Source: an uncultured Methylococcaceae bacterium
GTDB taxonomy: Bacteria > Pseudomonadota > Gammaproteobacteria > Methylococcales > Methylomonadaceae
DNA: 64,000 nucleotides
Assembly: GCA_903839855.1 (NCBI GenBank)
Contig: CAIMEB010000160.1
Location: forward strand, 164 to 64,163
Direction: 5' to 3'
Position 1 is the first letter of the stretch; each line of letters starts with the position of its first letter. The notes beneath the pieces were generated by a model, which searched no databases, had not been told where the DNA came from, and saw nothing but the letters and a program-made list of their open reading frames with translations. The translations under genes were made by a program, and so were the position numbers. Of the stretch, positions 28,770-39,583 are shown one piece after another.

Positions 28770-28984
28770 TAGTTAGATATCCTCATTTATCTTGTTATTA
28801 TTGTTTAATTATGGGTTGATTCGCAGCCATTGAGTAGCTGGTAAATACTCTGACAGCCAGCACAGCAAAAATAGAGCAGGCCGTTTTTTGTATTAAGAGT
28901 AAAGCTTTTTAAAACGACTTTTTGCCCGCAAAGAGTACATGATGAATCATATTCTATAATGGTCATAAAGATGTCTCAATCAAT

Positions 28985-30181
28985 TTATAAACTAGACGCT
29001 ACTGAACAAAAAAAGGTTTTTAAATATTCAGTTTCAGGTGCCGCTGGATCAATTGGATGATCGGGGCCTTGTCCACCACTAGCAAAAAATACTAAATGAC
29101 GATCAATATGTTTTCCTGAGCTGCGTAATATTTCATGCAGATTTTCTCTACTGAGGTGAAATGAACAGGATGCTGAAATAAGGATGCCATTCTTGGATAA
29201 AACCTGCAACGCAAGGTGGTTGAGGCGTCTATACGCTTCATAACCGAGTTTAAAATCCTTTTTTCGTTTAATAAGTGCGGGTGGATCAAGGACAATAATA
29301 TCATAAAGTTGATTATCGAGTCGGGCTTGCTTTAAAAATTCAAACACATCACTGCGCTCAAAATGCATTCTATCCGCCACATTATTAAGTACTGCATTTT
29401 CTCTAGCCAATTCTAATGCGCCTTCAGAGGCATCCACGCAAGTGACTTCTGCGGCACCTGCAAGCGCAGCAGGAATACCCCAGGCACCGGTGTAAGAGAA
29501 TAAGTCCAGCACCCGCTGGTTTTTTGACAGGGAGGCTAGCAGGGCACGGCTACTGCGATGATCATAAAACCAGCCAGTTTTTTGGCCTTCTATAATATCG
29601 ATTTTAAATTGTGCGCCATTCTCTTCAATAATAAGGGAGTCCGGTAATACGCCGTAGGCAATTTCAGATGCTTGACTCAGTCCTTCCAGTTGTCGCTGAC
29701 CATTATCGTTTTTAAGAATGATGGCGGTTGGATTTAATAATTCTAGCAGGACACCCAGTAAAATCTCTTTTCGCTGCTCTATGCCTGCCGTAGTGATTTG
29801 TAGAGATAACACGTCACCAAAGCGGTCAATAACCAGACCGGGTAAGCCGTCACTTTCACCGAAAATAAGGCGGTAGTAGGGTTTGTCAAAGAGTTTCTCA
29901 CGGAGTGCCAAGGCGGTGCTTAAGCGTTCTTTAAAGAAATTGCTGCCGAGTTTTAAATTGGCTTTTCTTGAAATAAGACGCGCACAAATCAGGGTTTGCG
30001 GATTGACATAGGCGGTGCCTAAGATCTTACCATCCTCACTTTTTATATTGGCTAAATCGCCAGCGGCAAATTGCTCCAGCGCTGACTTTTTGGTATCAAC
30101 CTCATTACTAAAAACCCAGTGATGTCCCTTACGCAGGCGTTTGTCTTCGTTCTTTTTTAAATAAATTTCGGGTAGGGACAT
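28985..30181 (-). CDS. RlmI/RlmK-like class I SAM-dependent rRNA methyltransferase (start 30181; ORF open to 30238)
   Basis: GHHWVFSNE, ESDGLPGLVIDRFG, GQKTGWFYDHR, VLDLFSYTG, IVLDPPA, SASCS, PETEYLK. Confidence 0.88.
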   Translation of the reverse strand: MSLPEIYLKKNEDKRLRKGHHWVFSNEVDTKKSALEQFAAGDLANIKSEDGKILGTAYVNPQTLICARLISRKANLKLGSNFFKERLSTALALREKLFDKPYYRLIFGESDGLPGLVIDRFGDVLSLQITTAGIEQRKEILLGVLLELLNPTAIILKNDNGQRQLEGLSQASEIAYGVLPDSLIIEENGAQFKIDIIEGQKTGWFYDHRSSRALLASLSKNQRVLDLFSYTGAWGIPAALAGAAEVTCVDASEGALELARENAVLNNVADRMHFERSDVFEFLKQARLDNQLYDIIVLDPPALIKRKKDFKLGYEAYRRLNHLALQVLSKNGILISASCSFHLSRENLHEILRSSGKHIDRHLVFFASGGQGPDHPIDPAAPETEYLKTFFCSVASSL

Positions 30182-30221
30182 AGTGGGATAAAGTGATAGT
30201 GTCGAGTGAGTGAGCAATGAG

Positions 30222-31100
30222 CTAGTGTTTAATGCCATCTAGTCTAATCCAGTCTTCTTGTTGAACTAAGGGATTAAAAAAGATGTGTTCTTGATACGCT
30301 TCGATCACTGCTTCGGCTTGTTCAAATAAAATGCCTGATAAGACCAAATGTCCGCCAGTAGCCACTAAGGCACAAATTTGAGCTGACATTTCAATTAACG
30401 GTTTCGCCAGGATATTGGCTAATACGATGTCGGCTTTAAAGGGTTTAAACTGTTCGGGCAAGTAACAGTGAATCTTATCGCTAACCTGATTTTTTAAAGC
30501 ATTACTTTCGGTGGCGGTAATCGCCTGTGGATCTATATCGACTCCGATGGCAATCTCTGCGCCTAATAACACAGCAGCAACAGCCAATATGCCAGAGCCA
30601 CAGCCGTAATCAATGACGGTTTTGTTGTTAAGGTCGTGACTGGCCAGCCACTCCAGGCATAAGGCCGTGGTAGGATGGGTGCCGGTTCCAAAAGCCAGTC
30701 CAGGGTCCAAGGTTAAGCAGACAGTGCCGGGTTCACGTTGTTCCTGATCGGTAGGGCATACCCAGAGTTTGTCGGCAAACTTCATGGGTTTATAGTATTC
30801 CATCCAGGCTCGTTCCCATTCCTGATCTTCAACGGCTTCATAAAGCCACTGTTCCAGATTAGCATGCCTAAATTGTTGGTAGACTCGATCTTTTATTAAT
30901 ACAGGATCGGCATCCAACTCATAAAGCGCAATGACTTGGGTGTTACTCCATATCTTGGTTTCACCAATAGCCGGTTCGTAAACAGGTTCATCTTCTGCAT
31001 CCATATACGTTACAGAGACAGCGCCCAGATCGCTGAAATAATCAGCTAATTGAGGTGCGGTATTTTCGTCGGTGATAACAGAAATTTGATGCCAGGCCAT
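30222..31100 (-). CDS. prmA: Ribosomal protein L11 methyltransferase
   Basis: DQEWERAWM, LDPGLAFGTGTHPTT, DYGCGSGILA, ANILA, LSGIL. Confidence 0.96.
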   Translation of the reverse strand: MAWHQISVITDENTAPQLADYFSDLGAVSVTYMDAEDEPVYEPAIGETKIWSNTQVIALYELDADPVLIKDRVYQQFRHANLEQWLYEAVEDQEWERAWMEYYKPMKFADKLWVCPTDQEQREPGTVCLTLDPGLAFGTGTHPTTALCLEWLASHDLNNKTVIDYGCGSGILAVAAVLLGAEIAIGVDIDPQAITATESNALKNQVSDKIHCYLPEQFKPFKADIVLANILAKPLIEMSAQICALVATGGHLVLSGILFEQAEAVIEAYQEHIFFNPLVQQEDWIRLDGIKH

Positions 31101-31188
31101 AACTTAGACAGTATATTTAATAAAAGGATGATGATCGATGGGTATAGAGTGGATTTATAGGAACTTGCAAATAAAAGCAAAATCTTGA

Positions 31189-31227
31189 CAGCCCGCTTGA
31201 TTAAAATTTATTCAATCAAGTGGGCTG
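31189..31227. terminator. Strong hairpin between accC and prmA (terminator or processing stem)
   Basis: cagcccgcttgatt / aatcaagtgggctg, 13 of 14 Watson-Crick pairs plus one G-U. Confidence 0.5.
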
Positions 31228-31247
31228 GTATTTATAAAGCGAAGTGA

Positions 31248-32591
31248 CTAATGAATACCCAGTTTCTTTTCAAGGTAGTGGATATTTTGTTGTCCCTGAG
31301 CAAAGGCGCTGTCATTCATAATGTCTTGCTGTAAAGGGATATTGGTTTTAATACCATCAATGATAATTTCACTCAGTGCAGTGTTCATACGGGCAATCGC
31401 ACTTTTACGGTCTTCACCATGAGCAATCAGTTTGCCAATCATAGAGTCGTAATAGGGTGGCACTTTGTAGCCGTTATAGATGTGAGTCTCACAACGAATA
31501 CCCGGGCCGCCTGGCATGTGGAATTGATCAATCTTGCCGGGGCAGGGCATGAATGTTTTAGGATCTTCAGCATTTAAACGACATTCAATTGCATGGCCTG
31601 TTATTTTGACTTGATCCTGAGTAATCGAAAGCGGTTCACCCGCTGCAATCCGCAGTTGTTCTTTTACGATATCAAAGCCTGTGATCATTTCTGTCACCGG
31701 ATGCTCTACCTGAACACGGGTATTCATTTCAATGAAATAGAATTCACCTTTTTCGTATAAGAATTCAAATGTACCTGCACCCAGGTAGCCAATATCGACA
31801 CAGGCTTTCGCACAGCGTTCACCGATAAATTTGCGTTGTTCTTCAGTAATGCCAGGGGCAGGCGCTTCTTCAACTACTTTTTGGTGACGGCGTTGCATAG
31901 AGCAATCCCTTTCGCCCAAATGAATAGCGTTACCAAAAGAGTCGGCCATGACCTGGAATTCAATATGGCGAGGATCTTCAAGAAACTTTTCCATGTATAC
32001 AGTAGGATTGCCAAATGCTGTGCCTGCTTCTGCTTTAGTCATAGAAATAGCATTAACCAATGCTGATTCCGTGTGTACTGTGCGCATGCCGCGACCACCA
32101 CCACCACCGGCTGCTTTAATAATAACGGGGTAGCCAATTTCACGAGCCATTTGCAGGTTGAGTTGGTCGTTATCAGATAAGGGATCATTGTTGCCAGGGA
32201 CGCAAGGGATACCTGCTGCTATCATTGCGTTCTTTGCAGAAATTTTGTCGCCCATCATGCGGATGGTTTCAGCTCTAGGGCCAATGAAGACAAAACCACT
32301 CTTTTTAACTTTTTCAGAGAAGTCAGCATTTTCTGACAAGAAGCCGTAACCGGGGTGAATGGCTTCGGCATCAGTGACTTCTGCTGCACTGATAATAGCA
32401 GGAATATTTAAATAACTGTCGGCTGACGCGGCAGGTCCAATACAGACAGATTCGTCAGCTAAACGGACATGTTTAAGGTCTCGGTCTGCTTCAGAATGAA
32501 CTGCGACCACTTTAATACCAAGTTCCCTGCAAGCACGTAAGATGCGCAGGGCAATTTCGCCACGATTGGCGATGACTATTTTACTAAACAT
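31248..32591 (-). CDS. accC: Acetyl-CoA carboxylase, biotin carboxylase subunit
   Basis: [56 protein letters not shown]. Confidence 0.98.
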   Translation of the reverse strand: MFSKIVIANRGEIALRILRACRELGIKVVAVHSEADRDLKHVRLADESVCIGPAASADSYLNIPAIISAAEVTDAEAIHPGYGFLSENADFSEKVKKSGFVFIGPRAETIRMMGDKISAKNAMIAAGIPCVPGNNDPLSDNDQLNLQMAREIGYPVIIKAAGGGGGRGMRTVHTESALVNAISMTKAEAGTAFGNPTVYMEKFLEDPRHIEFQVMADSFGNAIHLGERDCSMQRRHQKVVEEAPAPGITEEQRKFIGERCAKACVDIGYLGAGTFEFLYEKGEFYFIEMNTRVQVEHPVTEMITGFDIVKEQLRIAAGEPLSITQDQVKITGHAIECRLNAEDPKTFMPCPGKIDQFHMPGGPGIRCETHIYNGYKVPPYYDSMIGKLIAHGEDRKSAIARMNTALSEIIIDGIKTNIPLQQDIMNDSAFAQGQQNIHYLEKKLGIH

Positions 32592-32605
32592 AAGTGTTCC
32601 GTGTT

Positions 32606-33043
32606 TTATCCAATGACGAATAAAGGCTGGCCATATTCAACCGGCTCAGCATTTCCAACCAGAATTTGGGTAATTGTGCCGCTTTTATCCGCTTCAATCT
32701 GATTAAGAATCTTCATCGCTTCGATAATACATAAGGTATCACCCGCTAAAACCGCTTGACCAATTTCTACAAAGACCTTTGTACCGGGTGATGCAGAACG
32801 ATAGAAAGTACCTACCATCGGTGATTTAACAATGTGACCAGTGATTTTTTCTTCCGCTGGAACGGCGGCGATTACCGGTGCAGCAGCTGGTGATGGTGCT
32901 GGTGCGGGTGCATAAGCTACTGGTGCAGGCGCACTGCCGTAGCGACTAATGCGAATAGCTTCTTCGCCTTCTTTTATTTCAATTTCTGCAATGCCTGATT
33001 CCTCGATAATTTCGATGAGTTTTTTTATTTTTCTAATATCCAT
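32606..33043 (-). CDS. accB: Biotin carboxyl carrier protein
   Basis: [11 protein letters not shown], Ala/Pro linker, SPMVGTFYR; biotinylation motif reads EAMKI rather than the usual EAMKM. Confidence 0.97.
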   Translation of the reverse strand: MDIRKIKKLIEIIEESGIAEIEIKEGEEAIRISRYGSAPAPVAYAPAPAPSPAAAPVIAAVPAEEKITGHIVKSPMVGTFYRSASPGTKVFVEIGQAVLAGDTLCIIEAMKILNQIEADKSGTITQILVGNAEPVEYGQPLFVIG

Positions 33044-33046
33044 TGA

Positions 33047-33493
33047 TTAGGGTCTCTCGGTTAATATCTGATGAGCGGCCTGTAGGGCCAGTTGGTATCC
33101 TGTTGCGCCTAATCCCGAGATAACACCTATAGCGATATCTGAGAAATAAGAATGTTTTCTAAAAGGTTCACGTGCGTACACGTTTGATAAATGAACCTCT
33201 ATAAAGGGTATTTTTGTAGCGAGTAAAGCATCGCGTATTGCAACACTGGTATGCGTAAATGCAGCCGGGTTGATAATGATAAAATCAACTTTCTGCTCAT
33301 AAGCAGAATGTATCAGCTCAACAATTTGATGTTCTGCGTTGTTTTGATGAAAATGTAGCTGATGATTTAATTCAACAGCCTGTTTTTCAAGAGACTGCTG
33401 TATGTCTGCCAATGTTTTGTTGCCGTAATGCCCCGGTTCCCGAATTCCGAGTAAATTTAGATTCGGGCCATTTAAAACGGTAATAATAGACAT
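33047..33493 (-). CDS. aroQ: Type II 3-dehydroquinate dehydratase
   Basis: [37 protein letters not shown]...REPFR. Confidence 0.97.
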   Translation of the reverse strand: MSIITVLNGPNLNLLGIREPGHYGNKTLADIQQSLEKQAVELNHQLHFHQNNAEHQIVELIHSAYEQKVDFIIINPAAFTHTSVAIRDALLATKIPFIEVHLSNVYAREPFRKHSYFSDIAIGVISGLGATGYQLALQAAHQILTERP

Positions 33494-34023
33494 ATACAGT
33501 TGTTGAAACAGAGTCAGAACATAAAAAGGTGGCTAATTTTACCGTGTTTAGTCATTTTGTCCAGATATTATGTTTTTAAAGAAGATAGTGACAGGATAGC
33601 CCTTATTTGTCAGGGGTTCTACAATTATGCACTTTAGTTTAAATGGGTTTTAGCTGTTGATAGTTGATAGAACCGACAACCCCCACCCATAGAATATGGG
33701 TTTTAACATATAGTTACTTGTTGATAATTAACAACTTTTAATTTTACTCTTTTCGGTGTAATCTTACTCTACACCCACCACTGTCTATTCGATCGTTACT
33801 GTTTTAGTTGAAACATGAAAACACCGTTCTAAACATAAAACATCATTCACTTATTGAAAGATGGACAAATAAAAATCAAAAATTGTAAATACAGGGTGCG
33901 GAATGTCGGATAGAAGAATCGGTATCTTGATTATTACTCTTAGGACTCAGACAGTAGTGTAAGGCAACATGCCGAGTCCGGTTGTATTGAACCCGGGAAC
34001 TTTGGTCTACAGCGCTTCTGAGT

Positions 34024-34893
34024 TTATAATCTGGATAGAAGCTCCGCTTTCTTCGATGAAAACTCACTATCAGTCAGAATACCTTTTTCTTTAAGAGTCG
34101 CTAATTTTTCAATCGCTTCGAAAATATCAGCTACCTGGGCAGTATCTTGACTAGGGTCTGGTGTTTCTGGAATATAGGGTGCGGCGGATTGAAATTGAAC
34201 TGAAGGTTGCACGGATACGTTATCAATAGAGATTAACGGTAATGAGCTAATATCTATAAGACCGTATTGGCTTGTAAAAGTTACTGAACTGCCACCGGAT
34301 TGTTGCTGCGAAAAGCCACTAATCTGATGATCCAAGGTGTCATAAAGTGATACATGCCCATTGACATCAATCGCGAGTCTTTGGATACTCGCAAAATAGG
34401 CATAGCGCATATTATTTTGTGAGCCAGTGCTAGTTGGAAATTGCAGGCCTGCAGGCCACCAGTTTCCTGAGCTACCTGCAGGTGGAGTTACAAATAAACT
34501 CACTGGACTGGTAGGTCCAAAGCCATTTTGTTGCTGACTATTATTGACCGTAAAATGATCGTTAAAATGACTTTGTTGTTGAGTTCCTTGATTCTGGGAC
34601 TGAAAGCTACCGGTTTGAATTAAGCCCGGTTGATTGGCAATTAAGTTGGATAGCTCTTGACACAAATTACCTACGGTATTTTTTAAGCCATTATTGAACA
34701 TATCGCCTAACATAATCATGCCGCCGCGCATCCATTGACCGGAGCCACCAAATTCAGGGTGACTAAACTGCGCCATTGAGCCATTGCCATTAATGACAGA
34801 TTGCAATAGGCTGAATACCGCATCCGAACTAAAATTATAACGTTGAGCAATAGTGTTGATTATTTGTTGGCCTTCCGGCGTAAGTTGTTTCAT
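34024..34893 (-). CDS. Gln/Ser/Gly-rich protein with C-terminal SHOCT domain (start 34893; ORF open to 34968)
   Basis: FSHPEFGGSGQWMRGG, QSQNQG..QQQ tracts, WWPAGL..P.STGSQN..RYAYF; ends IEKLATLKEKGILTDSEFSSKKAELLSRL. Confidence 0.75.
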   Translation of the reverse strand: MKQLTPEGQQIINTIAQRYNFSSDAVFSLLQSVINGNGSMAQFSHPEFGGSGQWMRGGMIMLGDMFNNGLKNTVGNLCQELSNLIANQPGLIQTGSFQSQNQGTQQQSHFNDHFTVNNSQQQNGFGPTSPVSLFVTPPAGSSGNWWPAGLQFPTSTGSQNNMRYAYFASIQRLAIDVNGHVSLYDTLDHQISGFSQQQSGGSSVTFTSQYGLIDISSLPLISIDNVSVQPSVQFQSAAPYIPETPDPSQDTAQVADIFEAIEKLATLKEKGILTDSEFSSKKAELLSRL

Positions 34894-35345
34894 TGGATAA
34901 AGTCTACTAGATGAGATTGATGTAACTAAGGATAAATCAGGTGTACTATTGACGATTGTTGTTAACACTCGAAATTGATTAGGGTGTCAGTGTAAATGAA
35001 TGATCGACTAAAAGCACTCTTTTAATTTCTAAGCGATTAATCATTCATTTAATCATTCATTAAACGGGCACGTTTTCAGTGCGATTACAGAGGTTATATC
35101 CAATTTGGTGCGTTATTAATGAATACTTATCGGATTTATATAGATTATATTGTGTTACCATTCTTTTGAATGGAAAGCTTAATTACTTAAAAAATCAATA
35201 AATAATCCGCTGCTTGTTAAAGGTAGATACTAAGACAGTAATGATTTAAAAGGGTTAAAATTCATCATATTATTAATGGCATATTGTGTGCTTAAGCTTA
35301 TTACAAATAGAGTGTTTATCACCTGAAATCGGCATCTTATAAACC

Positions 35346-38300
35346 ATGAAATTGAATAACTCCAGAGCCAAACTTGACACTTATTACCAACAGGTTCAAG
35401 ACATCATACTTAAGAGGCAGGACTGGGTCACTGGCTTGCTGCCCGCAAGCACTGCCGTTAATGTTCATGGTAATTATACCGATGCCTGGGTTCGCGATAA
35501 TGTCTATAGCATACTTGCTGCTTGGGGATTGGCTCTAGCTTATCGGCGTGTAGAGGATAAACAGGGTCGGACTTACGTCCTTGAGCAAAGCGTTGTTAAA
35601 TTAATGCGTGGTCTTTTAACAGCCATGATGCGGCAAGCACCTAAGGTTGAAAAGTTTAAGCAATCCCAGAATCCAATGGATGCCTTACACGCTAAATATG
35701 ATACAAAATCGGGGGGTGTAGTTGTAGGTGACAGCGAATGGGGGCATTTGCAACTGGATGCTACCTCCTTGTTTTTATTAATGCTGGCTCAAATGACCGC
35801 TTCAGGTTTACGCATCGTTTTTACTATAGACGAAGTTAATTTTGTACAAAATCTGGTGCACTATATAAGTCGCACTTACCGAACACCTGACTATGGTATC
35901 TGGGAGCGGGGCAATAAAATTAATCATGGGATTGCTGAACTTAATGCCAGTTCAATTGGCATGGCTAAAGCGGCACTGGAAGCCCTTTCAGGATTTAATT
36001 TGTTTGGCAAAGAGGGTGGACAAGCCTCTGTTGTACATGTCATCAGTGATGACATTGCCCGTACACGGATTACTCTGGAATCTCTCTTGCCCAGAGAATC
36101 CATTTCTAAAGAAGTAGACTCTGCCGTTTTGAGTATTACTGGATTTCCTGCTTTTTCAATTGATAATCAAGCCATAAGAGCTAAAACTGAAGCACTTATT
36201 TGTGAAAAGTTAGAGGGTCGCTACGGGTGTAAACGGTTTTTGTTAGATGGTCATCAAACCGTCATCGAAGACAGTAAACGACTGCACTATGATCCGCATG
36301 AACTTAAACAGTTTATGCATATTGAATGTGAATGGCCGTTGTTTTTTACGTATTTGCTACTTAATAATTTATGTTCGGGCAATACTGAAGCCGCTTTGGA
36401 TTATCGCAAAAAGCTAGAAGGCTTGTTAGTTGAACAAAATGGTCAGCGCTTGTTACCTGAACTGTATGTAGTTCCAAGAGAGCTGATAGCTGCCGAAAAA
36501 GCCAATCCCCATAGTCAAGAGCGGATACCCAATGAAAACGTGCCTTTAGTATGGGCGCAAAGTTTGTATATGTTGGGCTGTCTGATTCAGGATGGTCTTT
36601 TAAGTTGTGATGATATTGATCCGTTGGGCCGACATAAAGTTGTTAAAAAGAAGCAGGATTATCATTTACAAATTCAGATATTGGCTCAGGATGAAGCGGT
36701 TCAAGCTCGATTACTTGAGCATGGCATCTCCGCACAAACCTTAGCAGAGGTTGCGCCTATTCAAATAAGAGAAGCCAATGAGTTAGCGCAAGCTTATACG
36801 CATGTCGGTAGAAATGACCGGATTGGCTTAACCGGCAGGCCTTTGCGACAATTACGCACCTTAGCCACCTCAAAGCTCTATACGTTGGCAGGTGAGCCCT
36901 TATTATTTTTGCCCCAATGCCTTAATCAAAAGGGCTTCTATCTGGCATTAGATAATCGTTTACTCATTAAAAGACTCCGGGTTGAGTTATCTTATATCTA
37001 TAAACATTGGGATAGGGAAGGCAATCCGCTGGTCGCCATGACGATTAAGCATAATATGCTGGATAGTCGTCACAGCGATAATTTGATTGATTTTATCAAT
37101 GAATTAAAACAGGGTGAAACGAAAGGGATTCCTGTTCAACTTGGAACCTTGTTGGAGTTTGCTGAGACATCCAGTTATGAAAAGATAAATTATTTGCATG
37201 ATTTTCAGTTCTCACAAGCCTCATGGGAAGACGTTGAGCGACCATTTTCTCAGGTACTACCCTTTAGTACAGAAGCGTCACACCCATTAGAGCCTGTTTT
37301 GTTAAATGAATGGGAGGTTGCGACTGATGATGTTTTACTTGAACACTTAAAATCTAGCGTGAATTTGTATGCGCAACTTGAAGTATTAACCCTTTTGAGT
37401 GGGCGATATAATTTAGCTTATTCAACGGGTTTGGTTAATGCTGAAGGGCTAGTGGCTAGTGTAGGGGATTTACTGGATGAGTTATACGAACGCGCCGGGG
37501 ATCAGCATGTCTGGGCGATAGTTAGGCGCTGTGCGGGGCTGTTGGGTAAATACGATATTAATCTTGAGCAAGCTGCTACAGAAATATTAGTCAGGCAACA
37601 TGCCTTGACTTTAGGTAGGGCTTATAGTGGTAAAGCCACTTTATTGCGTCCTGCTGACTCTTCAGAAATTCTTCAGATTATTCGCACTTATAATAATACG
37701 GACACCAGTGAGCATATTATTATTCAGGAATTGATTCTTTATTTGGGCATGCTCATTAAATCTAATCCTGAATTGTTCACTGATATGCATACGATTCGTG
37801 TGGGCCATATCCTGCAATTAATCATTGTCAGGCAGAAACGTGAATCGGGTAATGACTCGTTGGATCAAGCGTTTAATAGGGTTTTTTCTTTGTCTCCGTC
37901 ACTGTTATCGAGAAAATTAAAGGAAACACTTGAGGACTATAGTAATACAGAAGATCAATTAGGTCAGGTCGAAACGCTCCATTATGAGGGTGAATGTCGT
38001 ACCTTAGGCAGCGCTCGTTTCTCTAAAAAAATTGATCCTAAAGGGGGTGAAGGTATTATTGACTGGTATGACTGGCGCGAACAACAAGGCAGTGTAGGCA
38101 GAGAGAATAACGCTTTTTATGGCTCTGTATGGGATATCTTACATCATTGTAAGGGCTTAATGATGGGTGGTAAACTCAGTAGTAAGAATCGGCTTGATAG
38201 TGAAAATATACTGTCACAAATGACCAAAGGTGAGCAGAGTTTTAAGTTGCAAGTAAGTCACTTACTGAATAAGATTCAAGCTCCGGTCTATCGGCAACTC

Positions 38301-38552
38301 ACTGTTGAGGCATTAAAGGCCTTAGCCTCTATTTTTAGAGATAATGCTCTGTTACACATTGATGATATTCTATTAACCGATATTATTATTGGTCATGCTG
38401 TTAGGATTAGTTGGTTGCAAGCCCATCCTGAACATACAGAAAACTATGAAGCCTATACATCATTAGCCTGGCAAGAATTTTACCGGTTGCCGCCTCATAG
38501 TGTGGCTAATGGAATCCTGGATGCATTAATACATCTACTCGACAATAATTAA
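35346..38552 (+). CDS. GH15-fold protein homologous to phosphorylase kinase alpha/beta subunits
   Basis: TGLLPAS, AWVRDNVY, WGHLQLDATSLFLL.LAQMT.SGL, PDYGIWERG.K.NHG, YGCKRF..DG, ECEWPLF, PLVWAQSLY; 1068 aa. Confidence 0.85.
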   Translation: MKLNNSRAKLDTYYQQVQDIILKRQDWVTGLLPASTAVNVHGNYTDAWVRDNVYSILAAWGLALAYRRVEDKQGRTYVLEQSVVKLMRGLLTAMMRQAPKVEKFKQSQNPMDALHAKYDTKSGGVVVGDSEWGHLQLDATSLFLLMLAQMTASGLRIVFTIDEVNFVQNLVHYISRTYRTPDYGIWERGNKINHGIAELNASSIGMAKAALEALSGFNLFGKEGGQASVVHVISDDIARTRITLESLLPRESISKEVDSAVLSITGFPAFSIDNQAIRAKTEALICEKLEGRYGCKRFLLDGHQTVIEDSKRLHYDPHELKQFMHIECEWPLFFTYLLLNNLCSGNTEAALDYRKKLEGLLVEQNGQRLLPELYVVPRELIAAEKANPHSQERIPNENVPLVWAQSLYMLGCLIQDGLLSCDDIDPLGRHKVVKKKQDYHLQIQILAQDEAVQARLLEHGISAQTLAEVAPIQIREANELAQAYTHVGRNDRIGLTGRPLRQLRTLATSKLYTLAGEPLLFLPQCLNQKGFYLALDNRLLIKRLRVELSYIYKHWDREGNPLVAMTIKHNMLDSRHSDNLIDFINELKQGETKGIPVQLGTLLEFAETSSYEKINYLHDFQFSQASWEDVERPFSQVLPFSTEASHPLEPVLLNEWEVATDDVLLEHLKSSVNLYAQLEVLTLLSGRYNLAYSTGLVNAEGLVASVGDLLDELYERAGDQHVWAIVRRCAGLLGKYDINLEQAATEILVRQHALTLGRAYSGKATLLRPADSSEILQIIRTYNNTDTSEHIIIQELILYLGMLIKSNPELFTDMHTIRVGHILQLIIVRQKRESGNDSLDQAFNRVFSLSPSLLSRKLKETLEDYSNTEDQLGQVETLHYEGECRTLGSARFSKKIDPKGGEGIIDWYDWREQQGSVGRENNAFYGSVWDILHHCKGLMMGGKLSSKNRLDSENILSQMTKGEQSFKLQVSHLLNKIQAPVYRQLTVEALKALASIFRDNALLHIDDILLTDIIIGHAVRISWLQAHPEHTENYEAYTSLAWQEFYRLPPHSVANGILDALIHLLDNN

Positions 38553-38563
38553 AGGAGATTACA

Positions 38564-39535
38564 GTGATTTTAGCGGGTGACATTGGTGGTACAAAAACCG
38601 TTTTATCGCTTTTGACACAAGATTCAGAAGGTCTGTTGAGCTGTTTGAAGGAACAATCATACCCTAGCCAACAATATTCTAAGTTTGATGAAATTTTGAA
38701 TGATTTCTTGTCCGAAGACCAAGAGATTGCTTCTGCCTGTTTTGGAATTGCCGGTCCTGTTGTGAACCAACGTTGCCAGACAACTAACTTACCCTGGTTA
38801 TTAGATGGAAATGAGCTAAAAGCCAGGTTGAATACTAGCAAAGTAAAGTTACTGAATGATTTAGAGGCTATGGCTTTAGGGATGAAATACTTACCTGATG
38901 ATGACCTTGTGGAGTTGAATCCAAATGCAATACCACAAACCGGAAATGTTGCAGTCATTGCGGCGGGTACCGGCTTAGGAGAAGCTATTTTATTCTGGGA
39001 TGGTATCACCCATCATCCCTTGGCTACTGAAGGTGGACATACTGATTTTGCTCCTCAAAATGAATTACAGGATCAGTTATTAAAATATCTTAGAAAAAAA
39101 ATATCTGAACATGTGAGTTATGAACGTATTTTGGCGGGCGTTGGGTTTAGCAATTTATATGATTTTTTATGTGAAGAGGGGCTAGGTAATCCTTGCACAG
39201 AAGTGAGCGAATTAACAAGTGATCAAGATAGAAATGCTTTGATATCCCAGCTAGGTGTAACCGGGGAAGACCCTTGTTGTGTTCAGGTCCTAAAGCTTTT
39301 TGTGGAAATATACGGTGCAGAAGCCGGTAATTTAGCTTTAAAGTCTTTACCTATGGGGGGCGTTTATATCGGCGGAGGTATCGGGCCTAAAATATTACCA
39401 GCACTACAAGATGGAAGTTTTATCGCTGCTTTTAAAGCAAAGGGGCGATTTTTACCCCTATTAGATACCTTGCCTGTCAAATTATCATTAAATCCGCGCA
39501 CTCCTTTGATTGGAGCCATTAACTACTTTTTATGA
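38564..39535 (+). CDS. glk: Glucokinase
   Basis: LAGDIGGT, GIAGPV, TNLPW, LLNDLEA, AAGTGLG, EGGHTDF, GGVYIGGGI. Confidence 0.95.
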   Translation: MILAGDIGGTKTVLSLLTQDSEGLLSCLKEQSYPSQQYSKFDEILNDFLSEDQEIASACFGIAGPVVNQRCQTTNLPWLLDGNELKARLNTSKVKLLNDLEAMALGMKYLPDDDLVELNPNAIPQTGNVAVIAAGTGLGEAILFWDGITHHPLATEGGHTDFAPQNELQDQLLKYLRKKISEHVSYERILAGVGFSNLYDFLCEEGLGNPCTEVSELTSDQDRNALISQLGVTGEDPCCVQVLKLFVEIYGAEAGNLALKSLPMGGVYIGGGIGPKILPALQDGSFIAAFKAKGRFLPLLDTLPVKLSLNPRTPLIGAINYFL

Positions 39536-39583
39536 TGATTGGCGGATTCAAGAGTTTTGTCTTACCTTAGCTCCCAATGCGCG

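Noticed and set aside
32709-32723. AccB biotinylation motif EAMKI instead of EAMKM
   Set aside because: The biotin-accepting Lys and its surroundings are intact; a conservative +1 change is unlikely to matter.
33890-34020. GC-richer intergenic stretch with GGTTCAA/TTGAACCCGGG, reminiscent of a tRNA T-loop or 6S RNA
   Set aside because: No T-stem or acceptor-stem pairing and no long 6S-like duplex could be built by eye; needs an Rfam/Infernal search.
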